Part shown: positions 38,763 to 56,316 of the stretch, one piece after another
How the letters are laid out: the number at the start of each line of letters is the position of its first letter
How positions within the stretch are numbered: position 1 is the stretch's first letter
Source: the human T2T-CHM13v2.0 reference genome, Homo sapiens
Direction: 5' to 3' (one strand)
DNA length: 64,000 bases
NCBI RefSeq assembly: GCF_009914755.1
Contig: NC_060942.1
The notes under the pieces: generated by a model
Told to the model about the DNA's origin: nothing
The model's input: the letters and a program-made list of their open reading frames with translations, nothing else
The model's database searches: none
Position numbers and translations under genes: made by a program

Positions 38763-39129
38763 TGATATGGTTTGGCTCTGTGTCCCCACCCAAATCTCAT
38801 CTCGAATTGTAATAATCCCCACGTGTTGGAGGAGGGGCATGGTGGGAGATGACTGAATCATGGGGGTGGATTCCTCCTTTGCTGTTCTTGTGATAGTGAG
38901 TGAGTGCTCATGAGAGCTGATGGTTTCAAAGTGTGGCACTTCCCCCTTCAATCTCTCTTTCCTGCTGCCTTGTGAAGAAAATGCCTGCTTCCCTTTTGCC
39001 TCCCATCATGACTAAGTTTCCTGAGGCCTTCCCAGCCATGGGGAACTATGAATCAATTAAACCTTTTTCCTCCATAAATTACCCTGTCTCAGGTAGTTCT
39101 TTATAGCAGTGTGAAAACAGACTAATACA
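38763..39129 (+). mobile_element. THE1D MaLR solo LTR
   Basis: tgatatggtttggctctgtgtccccacccaaatctc...gactaataca; TSD cccac/cccat. Confidence 0.92.
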
Positions 39130-40942
39130 CCCATGATATCACTAATTACTATTTAAAAAGAAAGTACAGATATGTGTGTATATATTTTTAATCATAAAAA
39201 TTCTATAAAAGTTCTATATTTTTATACCTATATCCTTGTAACTTAATCAGTGCTTAGTCTTAGTGTCTAGAAGTAGACTGGCTCTATCAGATAGTAGATA
39301 AGACTTATTTCTAGAAAAGTGTGGCCAGTATATACTCTTCCAAGTAGTACATGAACACCTATTTTTTCCTACTCTTCAACCTTAAGCCTTAAAAATAAGT
39401 TTTGGTTAACTTTACAGGCCAAAACCCAGTATCACATTGTTTTAATAACTCTATGTTTTCATCCTAGTGAAGTTAAATTTTTTCAAAATGTTTATTGGCC
39501 ACTTGCTTTTCTTGGAAAAAAAATTGCTGTTCATGCCTTTTGCCCATTTTAAAATTAAAATATTATTCACATAAAGAAACATTTTATTTATTAGCTGTAT
39601 GTCATAGGGGTCATGTAGTTGTTGAGAACAGAAACCTCTTTAATCTATTTCAGGAATCAGGGAATTTATCGCTAGGAAAAGGGGAACCCAATGGAACCCA
39701 AAACTAGAAGGTGGAACATGTCCTCCCAAGACCTAGAAAGTTGGCAAGCAGGTATTTCTGCTCACTCTGAGGCCATTGGCCTCTTCTGTTTCTCCTTTCA
39801 TATCTGTTCCTTTCTTCTTTCCATAGACTAGTTCGCTTGATAAGACTGTTTGTATATTCATGAGATTTTATGTCCACAAGGCTTGGGGTTTCTATGAAGC
39901 CAACTCTGAGCCTCATTCTAAAAGGAATTGAAGTGTGAATGTTCTTGGAGGTGCTATAGCCAGCTACATATCTATGTTTCCATGTTCCAATGTGTGAGGT
40001 TGAGAGCTTGACTCCTGGATCGTCCTGCTTGGAACTACGTTCACATCCCTTGTCCAATCAGACATAACTATAGAGTTCTGAAGTGGGGTGCCAAGAGTAG
40101 GGGTATGGTAGAAGTTCAGATGCCCCCTGCCTATTTAATTCATTTTCAAAGAAGGAAATGTGGACAGCCACACAAATCAACTAATAAATATCCTACACAC
40201 CCCTATGGTTCTCATGTATGTTGCAAATATTTTTCTTAGTTCATTTCAATAGGAAGTTTTAAATTTTGATGTGATCATGCCTATTAGGTTTTTTTTAGCT
40301 GATCAAAATAATTCACTATTTTCACGTTTAGTTATATCATTTTTTTTGAAAAATCTATTACACTTATTTAAAATGGCAATTTTTATATGTAAATATTTGT
40401 ATATATTTGTCTTTATTCCATTTATTGGCATGACTCTTCTATATCAAGCCATGCAAGTATTCCCATGTTATCATTCTTTGTAAATATTTTCTTAACCATT
40501 CTAAACCATTTTTGTCCAGATGAATTTCACAACTGGCCACTATAAGCAAGATAATTGTTTCATTTGGAAGTGACAATAGTTCCAACACTGAAGAAAGGTC
40601 TGACCATGTTGAATATATTGAAAGTCACCCTATATATTCATCTCAAACTTGCTTTCTTCCTAAGATACTGTAAAAGTATCTCATATGTATTACATATATT
40701 CAAAAGAGTAATATTTAATTACATATATTCAAAAGTAATTTTGAAAATAATTTTCTTCCCATGCATCAAAGCCCACATAAGCTGTGTGGTTCCACTATTT
40801 AGACAGTATATATCTTTAAACTCTAGAATCACAGTCAGTAGGGAGGATGTTCTTGCTTTAGTAGGAATGCAGTAAATGAAACTGGAAAAACAGTGAGTTC
40901 TGTTTCCCAATCCATACACTTAGCACTGGATGAAATAGATAA

Positions 40943-41358
<416 letters not shown>

Positions 41359-41499
41359 TAGTCTTACTATACTTGCTACAACTTTCAGCATAATATTAAA
41401 GAACAGGCCTCTAATGGACATCCTTATAATATCTGCAGAGACAGTTTTGATATGAATGTAATTATTTGTACATTTTCAAAGTGAATTGAAGAAGAGTTA

Positions 41500-42250
41500 T
41501 ATTATTTAACCTGGAAAGCCAGGATAAATTCAGGTCTTGATGCATCATAAATGTATGATCTTTGGAAAGTTCTTTAATCACTCTGGGCTCTGGATATTAG
41601 CCTTCACAGTTCTCTCCACCTGGGATGCCCTTCCCACCTGTCCTCCGCTAGCTCACCCAAACTCATCACTGAAAATTCAAGAGTCCTGTCTGCCAAGAAG
41701 TCACCTTGGCCCCAACCATATTAAGAGCTCCTCCTCTGTGCTCCACCAGCTTTCGAAGGGTAGTGACCTTGGCTTGTTATTCTTTGTACCCACAACCTGT
41801 CATATAACAGCGCTCTTTAAATGTCATTTACTAATTTATTCATTAAATAAGGGAATTGTCTTTTATAACCTTTAAAGTCCCTTATTGTTCTCAAAGCCCA
41901 AATTATAATATCATAGAGATAATTTAGGTGTTAGAAATAGGTAGTAAAAACATGATGGTTTGTTCTTTAAATATTCAGATAACTTCCCCAGTTTATCACA
42001 TAATCTTCTATTTAGAGATACCCTGTAACCATATGACATGAGAGAAAGAACATTAACCTGATCAAAAGGCAAATGATCTTGTCCAAATCCCACTATTTCT
42101 CAGCTGTATGAAATTGTACAAATCACTTAACTCACCCTGATCCTCCATTTCTGCATCTTTCAAGTAAGTATGATGATTTCTGCTCTGCCTGTCTTGTAAA
42201 CTTGCTGTAAAGAACTGAGAAAATATAGTGAAAGAAACTTCACCCTGCAC
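41500..42250 (+). mobile_element. MIR and L2 fragments
   Basis: MIR core at ~41520-41590 and ~42080-42240; L2 3' part at ~41590-41830 (acctgggatgcccttccc...ttattctttgtacccaca). Confidence 0.55.
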
Positions 42251-42730
42251 TCTTCAAATATAATGCAGAATTAAGACTCAATTAAAATGTAACATCAATT
42301 ATGTCTGATTCCCATAAATATGCTACTGCATTGAGAAAAATAATATCATTTATTTTCATATTACAGCTACTTATTATAAATATTTAGTAGAAAGCAGAAA
42401 GTCACCCTGCTCATGCTAAATAATCTCAACTTCAACAGAGTTTTGTCAGTCACTTCTAATAAGACCTCAGCCAAGGAGCTGCCTTTTTAATCACTTTGAA
42501 AGAGAAAGCGATCAGAATGTCTTTCCCACGTTTATCCCACAGTAACATTTTACCCCCAGAATACATGGTATTGGTCTTTGATGAATCACTTCTTTTTTAA
42601 ACCTAGAAAATATGATTGTCTTAGTTCTTAGTTACACATCTGAATAGAAAGTCCCCCCCAAAAAAATTCCCCAATCTGTTTCTTTGCCTTTGCTTAAGAC
42701 AGCTAGATTGTTTAAGATAAACATGTGTCC

Positions 42731-43021
42731 TGTTTGTTGAGACAAATTATTCCTCTGTCACCCAGCCAAGAGTGCAGTGGAGTGATCATAGCTCACTACA
42801 GCCTTGAACTCCTGGGCACAAACCATCCTCCTGCCTCAGCCTCCTAGGTAGCTGGGACTACAGGTGCATGGCCACCAGCCCTGGGTAATCTTTTTATATT
42901 TTGTAGAGATGGGGTCTCACTATACTGCCCAGGCTGGTCTTAAACTTCTGAGCTCAAGTGATCCTCCTGTCTCAGCCTCCCCAAGTGCTGGGATTATAGA
43001 CGTGAGCCACTGCACCCAGCC
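42731..43021 (-). mobile_element. AluJ
   Basis: gatcatagctcactacagccttgaactcctggg; TSD catgtgtcc. Confidence 0.95.
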
Positions 43022-44065
43022 TCATGTGTCCAGTTTATTGAGCAGATGGTTTTAGTAGGGCACAAAAAAAAAATCACTCTTCTTTTTTTACCACTGCTTT
43101 TTCAAGTAAGTACACCAGATCTTTCTCAACCACTGAAGAAGGTCTGTCAAGTCAATGCAGTGGCTTCTCCTGTCACTTTTGGGATTTGGAGCAGTATCCT
43201 TTCAGGTGTTAAAAAGAACAGTGGGATTTCAATCAAAATACTCATCTCACATCTTAACAGCCTCCCCTTACACATGGCTCAGAGCTGGGAAGCCTGCAGC
43301 AGTACAGGGACTGGTTCCTTTCTCTCCCTGTTCAGTCTCACTCTCTGCTGCTTCTGGCTTCCTACTCTGGGGATTGCTATGTAACAAATCACTCCAAATT
43401 TAAATGTTTATCATAACAGTCACTTATTTTGCTTATTAATTTCTTCTATGTGGAACCATTCAGGGCAACCCCAAATGGGATGATTCTAAAGATTGGGGGC
43501 TGGGATCAACTAGAGGCTTCTCTCTCAGATGTCTGGCCCATGCTTCCACGTTCCTCTAGAGTTGGGAAAGAAGGAGACAAGAACTATCTTGACTATAATC
43601 TTGTCTTGATGACCTCATTGTGACTGGTGCCTAGATGTAAATTCTTTGGCTTATGGGCTCTCAGAGTCCCTTTCCATTAGGGACCCCTGTGGTCCCTCTT
43701 CCTGAGCCAAATGATGTCCTCTTAAGCTGCTTCCCCGTGGCGTCCCCTCAGCCCTCGTGTCCAATGGTACAGCACTCACAGCCTTTTCTGCTGGGGTTAC
43801 CAGGTCCCCCCGAGGAAGGCACACCTCTTGGGCAGGTTATTTGTGAATGTCCTTCCAAATCTAGTCTATTCTTGCCCAGAGGGGAGCTCAATACTCTTGT
43901 TCTGCCAAACTCTGGAAACAGACTACTCTCTCGGAGTACCCTCTTATATTGTCAGCAGGAACAGATCCGGCCAGCCCTTCACCATGACGTCTTTTAAATG
44001 TGAGGGTCAGACACCGATCCTCATACCCCGCACTTATCCCCAAAACTCCAGAAGATGCCTCTTAC

Positions 44066-44400
44066 ATTTTTCTGAAGGACTCAGCACACCTTGCTCTGGA
44101 CCCATGGTGGCACTAGACCCCTGGGTTTCCGCAGCTCAGCAACATGCAGTCCGAAAGGAAGCTAGTCAGGGAGATGTTAGTCTCCCCTTTCCCCACACAG
44201 AAACACCCCGTGGGTGGGTCTCTGGAAGACCTCTCTCTTGCTCTGAGGCCAGGGAAGCAGAAACAGCACTGTCACGATGCTTTTCAGAGGAATCTTCACT
44301 CTGCCTCTCAATCGCTCCTTGGTATTCGATATGTCCTGGAGGCGGATGATGGCTTGTGGCCACCTCCCATATGCTGCCCCTCTTTTCAGAACGTGGTAAA
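44066..44400 (-). other. Candidate first exon in a GC/CpG-elevated segment (5' end undefined)
   Basis: Perfect Kozak GCCACCATGG (ATG at 44105), 13 codons MGPEQGVLSPSEK, then donor AAT|GTAAGA. Confidence 0.3.
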
Positions 44401-44985
44401 GCTTGTTACTATCATTCTTACTTTTGGGGCTCCAGTGCTCAGAAGCCCTGCAACTGTAAAAATGGTACATTTAACATCCATTCCATGGGCATCAAAAATT
44501 ACAATTATGATGCAACCACTGTGATCAGCATGAAGGACTCATGAGATAATAATCACGAACCTTTTTTTTCTCCTGTGGTCCCATTAAAAGTGTCCTATGG
44601 GGTCCCAGTCTCACCCTGGCCCTGTGGTAAAAATTCAAGCAGTCTCATGACATTTCTGTTTTTCGTCAGAAATGGAAGATCCTCAAGTCTGTAATCAATC
44701 AACCTATCACAGGGAAGCAGTCACTACTACTCAGAATTGCCCCCCTCTCCCAGCTCAAATGTGCTGCTTTAGGATGGGTTGGAGGGGGAGGGGATTGGGG
44801 ATTGGCTGCTTCCATTTTTCTTTGTACTTCTGCCTCACTTTTCTTTCTAATTCAGTTTCTGACCCCTCCAGATCGAAAGGGCAGGAACATGGCAGTAAAT
44901 TTCTTCCTCGAAAAAAACACCATCTAGAGCTAGCATTGTGATCCACTGGCCTGGCCAATGTTGAAATCCGACCTTCTCTGATTGG

Positions 44986-45143
44986 TAGAGTTGCCAGATA
45001 AAATGCAAAACAACCAGTTAAATTTGAACTTCAGAAAAACAACAAATAACATTTTCATATAACTAAGAAGTATTTGTTATTAATCTGAAACTCAAATTTT
45101 ACTGAGTATCCTTGATTTTTATTTGCTAAACTTGTTGACCCTA
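44986..45143 (+). mobile_element. MER53 palindromic DNA element
   Basis: gttgccagataaaat...cagttaaatttgaacttcaga...tctgaaactcaaattt...tttttatttgctaaa. Confidence 0.85.
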
Positions 45144-47459
45144 CAGTGGTAGAGTCCTCATGGGGAATCTTCAGAGGTGCTTCTCACACCCCCGCTGCTG
45201 GAGTTCTAATACCCAAAGTTCCCTTGGGGATGGGGGTTGCATCTGTATTCCAGCTCGTTCCTGACTCTACCCAGACCTTCCAAATCTGTTCTGCTGTTGT
45301 CTGCTCACCTCAACAGGAGGCTCTGTACACTAGGGACCACATCTAGCCCAGCAAAGCCCATGAGCAGGAGGTCCACTCCCAAGGCAGCGAGCTCTCCTTG
45401 TGCTCCTGCCATAGCCGTCAACCCTTTTAGAAACTCAAGTGTAGATCAGACTTGAGTCCACCATTTTGCCCAGGGCCAATGGACACAAATTTCTCCAAGC
45501 AGTCTCTTAGGAAGCTCATTTTCCTGGCCCATTTCATATCCTGATATCATCACTTGAAAACACACAACTAGCACCTACCACATACACCCCCCAAACATAC
45601 CCACAGCCCTGGCTCGGGAGAATAGAAATGACAGGAAACCAGGTTAACTAAAATAATCCATTAAAAACACATACATACACACTTGTAAATATTCAAACTT
45701 AAATACTTTTTGTTTCCAAAGCTATGTTTTACTTCAAGGAGTTATGCAGAAACACAGAATGGAAGAATTGGCAAGTCAGGTTTTTATTCAAATTTATTTA
45801 ATGAGTTAAAAAAATCTCCAAATGTAAATTAGTAGGGAGATGTCTGATTAAACTGGACTAGTGACAGCACATGGCTGGCATGCGGGTCCACCCTGCCTGC
45901 TTAGATGCATTTTTTTGGCAGGAGCCTTGGGAAAGGTTGGAACTTTGACAGGATAGAATCTGTGCACTTCAGAATGCCTGCATATCTTTTCTGTGCGGTC
46001 ACACTTTTGTAACTATGGAGAAGTAGGCTGTGAGATATCACTATCTTTAATTCCAGCCTACATGCTTCAGAAAAAGCAACCCTATACAAAAAACTGAAAA
46101 GCATTTTCACAAAACTGGAATCTAATAAGAAAAAGAAAATCCAAAACATTATTTTTGCTTCAAGCTTATATAGGGTGCAATGCAAAAGGTCAGTGTTTTC
46201 TTTTTTTCCATTTTAATGATGATGTCCAGAGATGGTTTAAAATAATAGAAATGCTTACAGGGATCCTTGTGCTTGTTGCGAAGAGACTGAAACTTCATCA
46301 TATTGGGCTGTAGGATATTATTTTAAGCACATGAGTTGGCCTATCCAATCCCAAGGCATAGTGGCATGAACAGGAGTTCCTCATTCATTCTCTATTTAAC
46401 ACCCTGGTTCCCACATCTGCCTTTAATGGCAGTCTCTAACCTTCATACCCTTTCTAAGCACCCAGGTCTCAGAACCCCAGGAACTATTAGCCTCCTTCAC
46501 TGCACCTTCTCCACTCAATCAAAACCTACACATTCAACGTTCCATTGCAGGAGGGCACTATATGTGACAACAAAGCCTCACTGTTAATAAACTACTCAGC
46601 CAAGCTGTATGAGCAACCACATCCTCTTCTTTTATCAAATACTTCTTGTCCCAGGTAGCATTTTTATTTTACTAACTCCCTCAAGCCTTTAATATCATTG
46701 AATCATTGGGGCAAAGTGATTTACTGTTACTGCTTAAGTGATTCAACATTCCTGATCATTACCTCTGTCCTCATTCGTGGACAAATGTTTTGGGTCACAT
46801 CTTGGGGAATCACACTGATGGAACAATATTTTCTCACATTTACCAATTTGCTAATTAAAAAGCAAAAAACAATGTAGTTTCATCAAACTTCTTTTTCTCT
46901 TGAGGAAGTAGTTGTAGCTAAATGAATAAAATAGTTTTCAAATTAAACATGAACCTAGTCTTCGAGAAACAAGCTGGATTATAGGAATAAATATGACATG
47001 GTATGGGAAATGGGAGGTGACTCACAGCTGCCACAATTCCATCATCAACATTGTCAGGTGCTTGTCCCTGAACAGGACATTCTAGTCCACCTAATTTAGG
47101 TTCAGGGCAGGCTCAGCCCCCAGAAATGATTTTGTTCTCCCTTCATCAGAAATAGCCTTGCCTGCTGAACAGATGGGAGAGACCATAACTGTGATATCAA
47201 GGCATATGGTTTTGAGAACAGATAGGAGTAGTAATTGCAAATATTAGTACACTGTCTTTCAGGTTTTCATGAAAATGATACACATTCATGTCAATGGGCA
47301 AAAATAACAGATAATATTTTCAATCATCTCAAAACCTACTTGGATAAAATCAACTGATTATAAATTAGTTAGCTTGCATTCCTAAAGTAAACTATGCCAT
47401 CTGCACCACTAATTTGATAATAGGATAAAAGAAATAGGTTGGTCTTCATGGAAACCAGA

Positions 47460-47810
47460 TTCTTCATTCATTTGTTCATTCATTCATTGAACAAATGCAT
47501 GTTAAGCAGTGAGTATATGTCAAGCACTATGCTGGATTTGTGAGATAAAACAGTAAGCAAGTTGTTGTCTGGTCTGAAGGAGCTAATAATCTAATGAAAG
47601 AATACATATAAATAACCTGGGAATTACAATGAAGTGGGATAAGCACCAAGACAGACGAGACCATGGGAACCCCTAGCAGGGGCACCCATTCCTATCCAAG
47701 ATGAGTTGCCTGAGACAGTTATCAAGGAGTGATATCAAAGCTGAAATCTGAATTAATGTATAGTATTAGCCAGACAAAGAACAAGCAGCTGAGAGGCAGT
47801 ATAGTGGAGA
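47460..47810 (-). mobile_element. L2 3' end
   Basis: (ttca)n tail followed by aacaaatgcatgttaagc...caagcactatgctgg. Confidence 0.75.
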
Positions 47811-47893
47811 ACAGTTTATATATGTCAAAGACATAGAAGAGATAGAGACAGAGACACAGATAAATAGAGAAAAGAGATTCTGAGTAGTATGAT

Positions 47894-48416
47894 GTATTAG
47901 CAAGGGTCTCCCAGAGAAACAGAACCAATAGGATGTATAAATATGAGAGAGATTTATCGAAAGGAATTAGCTCATACAATTATGGAGGCTGAAATGATCC
48001 AAGATCTACAATCAGCAAGCTGGACACCCAGAAGAGCCAATGGTACAGTTCCAGTCTGAGTATGAAAGCCTGAGAACCAAAAGAGCTGATAGTGCAAGTT
48101 CCAGTCTGAAAGATAACAGGCTTGGGACACAGGAAGAGCTAATTTTTCAGTTTGAGTCCAAAGACAGGAAATCACCAATATCTCAGCTTAAGGTAGTCAG
48201 GCAGGCAGAGTTCCCACTTAGCCTTATTGAGGTATCCAATTGACTGGATGAAGCCCACACACATGAGGGAAGGCAATCTGCTTTGCCCAGTCTACTGAGA
48301 TTCAGTTGTTAATCTCATCCAGAAACAGCCCCATATACATACCTAGAATAATGTTTGACAAAATGTCTGGGCACCCCGTGGCCCAGTCAAGTTGACACAT
48401 TAAATTTACCATTGCA
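47894..48416 (-). mobile_element. MLT2B (ERVL) solo LTR
   Basis: tgtattag...ccagagaaacagaaccaataggat...ggcccagtcaagttgacacattaaattt. Confidence 0.9.
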
Positions 48417-48965
48417 TATAAATTATTTGCATTCTTATTCTATAATTTGTCACAACCATCAGATACATTACAGTTATGATGTTGATATATGTTGATGCAA
48501 CTATTTTTTTCTCCATCCATTATCTGGAAAGAAGAGGGAAAAATGATGTTTAAGTAACGAAATGTCCTAATTTGCTTAAAATTCTGATTATGGGCTTCTA
48601 ATTGTTACAGAATCATGGCTATGTTATTTGTCAGCATTTAAAAGATTTCAGTACCCTGTGGTGCTTCTGCTCTTCATTTTGAACAGTTAAGAACAATGTA
48701 TCAGGTAAAAACAGGGCATTCTGTGCAGTCAGAGGATAAGGAATCAAGATTTGGATGTTCCAAATCTTGAACCTTATCTTAATAGATAAGAACCAATCTT
48801 AGTAGTGTTAGTAGTATCTTAGAACCAAATCTTAGTAGTGTTCCCAACTAGCGTCTTGCATCTCTTCAAATCAGAGGATGTTACTGGGAACTTGTTTCAA
48901 TGCCCCCCCGGGGTTTCCCAGGATAAGATCTGAGGTAGGTAGTTGTCCCACCCAGATCAGATAGA

Positions 48966-48984
48966 TGACCCCTAGGTGGCAGTA
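48966..48984 (+). promoter_or_regulatory. Candidate CTCF site
   Basis: TGACCCCTAGGTGGCAGTA differs from the core YRRCCASYAGRKGGCRSY at one position. Confidence 0.4.
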
Positions 48985-50842
48985 TTGGCCACTTACATAT
49001 TCCTACCAATCAGAATATCAGCTTTTTGTCCAGCCAAAATGCGTTTGAAATCACACACGATGTAATTTACAAAATAAAGTTTCACAAATAATTATTTATG
49101 GTAATATATTGACTTTAAAATAGACTACCAGAATAGAACCTTGGTTAAAACAGAATGGGGTAAACTCTATACTTGTTATCCAAAAATCTATTAGAACTCA
49201 GCATTACTTTCATGTCCTGGTTTAGATTGAGAGGAATGCGTTAGAACAGATCACCCTGAATTACATTCTATAAATCTATTTGAGTCACAAAACTTAAAAT
49301 AGATATTACATATACATATATATTTTTATATGCATATACATGTATCTATAAACATAAAATTCATAGGCTATATATAAATTTAGTGTCTAAATTATATAAC
49401 TAAAGTGTTTCATATCCTAAAGTTTTGTGTTTGTTTTGATCCTGCAGAGCATTGAAAATTGTTGCTTTCCCAAAAAAAAACCTTCAGAGAGCAACTGTGC
49501 ACACACCAGCAGCCAAGCTGTTTATTAGGCTAAGAGTGAATTCAGGAGAACTTTTTAAAAGATAATCAATGAAAGGTGAAGATAATACGAAGGTAGAAAG
49601 TGTGTAACCCTACTAAGACTCTGCAAACACCCTAGACAAGACCCTTGGAGAAGAACATTTCTATGTACTTATACTTATCACAGATGCCTTGCACATTCTT
49701 CACTGATACTCTCCTATGAGGTGCCACACAAAAGGGCTGTAGCAGGTTTGTCACAACTTGAAATTCTCTTGCTTTTATCCTGAGGGGATTGTGAAGCTCA
49801 CGTGGTTTGGGTAAAGAACCTACAATCAAAATCTTTTTCTAAGTGTCTGTGGCTGAATAAAAAGTAATAATATATTTTTAAATGAGCATTTAAAGCAAAG
49901 CCAATTGCTAAGATTATGGCTGAAAATGGATGTTATCTACTATGTTTATATTAATTTATTTCTATAGAGCATTTCTATAGGGGGTTTCTGAGTTACTAAA
50001 GATAGTACAGAAATAAAAAAAGGAACTTAATGAAACCAAAATTTAGCACCCTAGAAACAAGATAAAATGTTCTGTGCCATCTGTAAGAAGGCTGTTCAAT
50101 ACTTTTACTCTTTACTACATCAAAGGCACAGCAGCATTTGTTTCCTCCCCCTTTGGGAGGGACAACAGTCAACAAAAAAACTGGTAATAAAATCAGGATA
50201 ACAGCAAAATTATATATACACATATATAGTTTAGAAAAAGGAAAGGAACACAGGCATTTATGAATCTAAGTTTGAGAAAACCTGCTAAAGTTCAAAGATG
50301 AATCAGTTAAATTGTTTTAGGTTCTAAATAGTTTTCATGGAAATGAGCACAAAGGGGAGAGCAGGGCTAAGGACTAACAATACAGTCAATGAGGGAGGCA
50401 GGTTTTGTTCTATCATTTTTCTGTTGCTCTTCCTGTAGGAGGAAGAATGGCTCCTTCAGCACGAGTGCCAGAATGAGCAGGCCTGCATAGCAGGGCCAGA
50501 GCTCACCCACACACAAGGAAAGCTGGAAATAAAACTTTGTCTGTAAGACACTGAGATTTAGAGATAGTTGGCTATGCAGTAGAGTCAAGAGAAAGCTGGC
50601 TGATGAAACCCTAATTGGAAAACACAATCATGGGCTTGATAGTACGAGGAGGTCTAGAAGGAATGTATCCAGTGTAGATTTTCCCATAACCTTTATTCTA
50701 ACTTAAATAAAAGGATAAGGCTACAATAAAAGGTGCTATTTAGAAATCAGGTTGAAATGTGAAAAGTCGAGATTTTTGGAAACACAATTCAAACTATGAA
50801 GCAATATAGATGCATTTTTTCTAATATGGCAAATAGAATACA

Positions 50843-51209
<367 letters not shown>

Positions 51210-51948
51210 AGAAAGAAATATTTTACCTGTTACCCTAAACTCTGGAGCCATTGGCACAGCACAAAGGAGTTTAGATTGGCAAGAAATACTCTAGTCCAGA
51301 CCCAAGAGTGGCTATGAATAGTGCCTCAGTCTATTTCTGATAGAGAGGTATTAAAGTAGCCAAGTATAATAGTGGATTCATTTTCTTTCTTCTTACAATT
51401 CTATCAGTTTTTGCCCAGTGTATTTTGACACTCTGTTGTCAGGTACACACACATTAAGGATTGTTGTGTCTTTCTCGGAGTATTGACCCTTTTGTGATTA
51501 TGTAATACCCTTTTTTCTTTCTGATAACATTTTTTGCTTTGAAGTCTGCTCTATCTGAAATTAATATAGTACACTCCTGCTTTCTTTGATTAGTATTAGG
51601 TTGGTATATCTTTCTCTATCCCTTTACTTTTAATCTATACGTGTTTTTAAATATAAAGTGGATTTCTTGTAGAGAACATATAGTTGGGTCTTGTTTTTTG
51701 ATCCACTGACAACCTCTTTTAATTGTGTATTTAGATTATTGACATTGAAAATGATTATTGATATAGTTGGAATAATATCTACCGTATTTTTTATGGTATT
51801 CTATTCCTTGTTCTTCATTTCTACTTTTGTCTTCTATACTTTTTCTGCTTTCTGCAGTTTTGAGTATTTTATGTTTTAATTTTCTGTCCTTTCTTGGCAT
51901 ATCAATACTTTTTACTCTTCTAGTGGTTGCCCTAAAGTTTGTAATATA

Positions 51949-52254
51949 CAGATGATATGCATTTGACTTAGTTTTTCAATTTTACAATAGTAAATACATA
52001 TATTCAGTATGTACTGAAATTGTATAACTTCATTAATTACATGAGCTATTCAGCATTTTATTATAAATTAGGCTTTGTGTTAATTTTGCCCAACTACAGG
52101 CTAATGTAAGCGTTCTGAGGATATTTAAGGTAGACTAGGCTAAGCTATGATGTTCAGTAGGCTAGGTGTATTAAATGGATTTTTTACTTATGAAATTTTC
52201 CATTTATGATCGGTTTACTGAGACATGACCCCATCATAAGTCAAGGAGCATCTT
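51949..52254 (-). mobile_element. MER47A (TcMar-Tigger)
   Basis: aggctaatgtaag...ctaggctaagctatgatgttc...ccccatcataagtcaaggagcatct, flanked by TA. Confidence 0.88.
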
Positions 52255-52500
52255 TACACTTACAGCTAATCTAAATCTACTTTCAGTAACAAAATGCTGC
52301 TTCATAGATACTGCAAGTACCTTATAATAACAAAATATTTCTAATTCCTCGTTCCTGTCCCCTGTATCACTGTCATTTGCTTCACTCGTACATAAGCCTA
52401 TGTGTACACAAGCATTCATAATTGAATACATTGTTGCTATTCTGAACAGTTATCTGTTAAAGTTTTTATTTTGCTTTCACTTATTCTCAATGCTCTTCAG

Positions 52501-55420
<2,920 letters not shown>

Positions 55421-55497
55421 TTGATACTCTTCCTTACTTTATGTAGATCTAAGTGTCTGACCTTTATCATTTTCTTCTGTCTGAAGAATTTGTCAGC

Positions 55498-55800
55498 TTT
55501 TTTTTTTTTTTTTTTTTTTTGAGACGGAGTCTCGCTGTCGCCCAGGCTGGAGTGCAGCGTCACGATCTCGGCTCACTGCAGGCTCCGCTCCCCGGGGTTC
55601 TCGCCATTCTCCTGCCTCAGCCTCCTGAGTAGCTGGGACTACAGGTGCCCGCCACCTCGCCTGGCTAATTTTTTGTATTTTCAGTAGAGACAGGGTTTCA
55701 CCGTGTTAGCCAAGATGGTCTCGATCTCCTGACCTCATGATCCGCCCGCCTCGGCCTCCCAAAGTGCTGGGATTACAGGCATGAGCCACCACGCCCGGCC
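55498..55800 (-). mobile_element. AluY
   Basis: CpG-rich, cgccattctcc, ccgtgttagcc, ctcgatctcc; long T tract. Confidence 0.96.
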
Positions 55801-55936
55801 TCTGTTAGCATTTTTTGCAAAGCATATCTACTGCCAACAAATTTCCTTTGATTTGTGTTTTAGAAAATATTTTTACTTTACTTTTGAAGCCTAACTTTGC
55901 AGGGTACAGAATTCTCATTGGTGGGAATCTTTTCTC

Positions 55937-56309
<373 letters not shown>

Positions 56310-56316
56310 TGAATGG

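Noticed and set aside
43828-44524. Plus-strand 173-aa and 126-aa ORFs
   Set aside because: No recognisable domain; overlapping ORFs in several frames reflect the locally higher GC content.
45945-46020. Peptide HSYKSVTAQKRYAGILKC resembles ADP/ATP translocase HASKQITADKQYKGIIDC
   Set aside because: Only 18 residues match; the flanks lack the carrier signature and nucleotide similarity appears low. Probably chance; tBLASTn would settle it.
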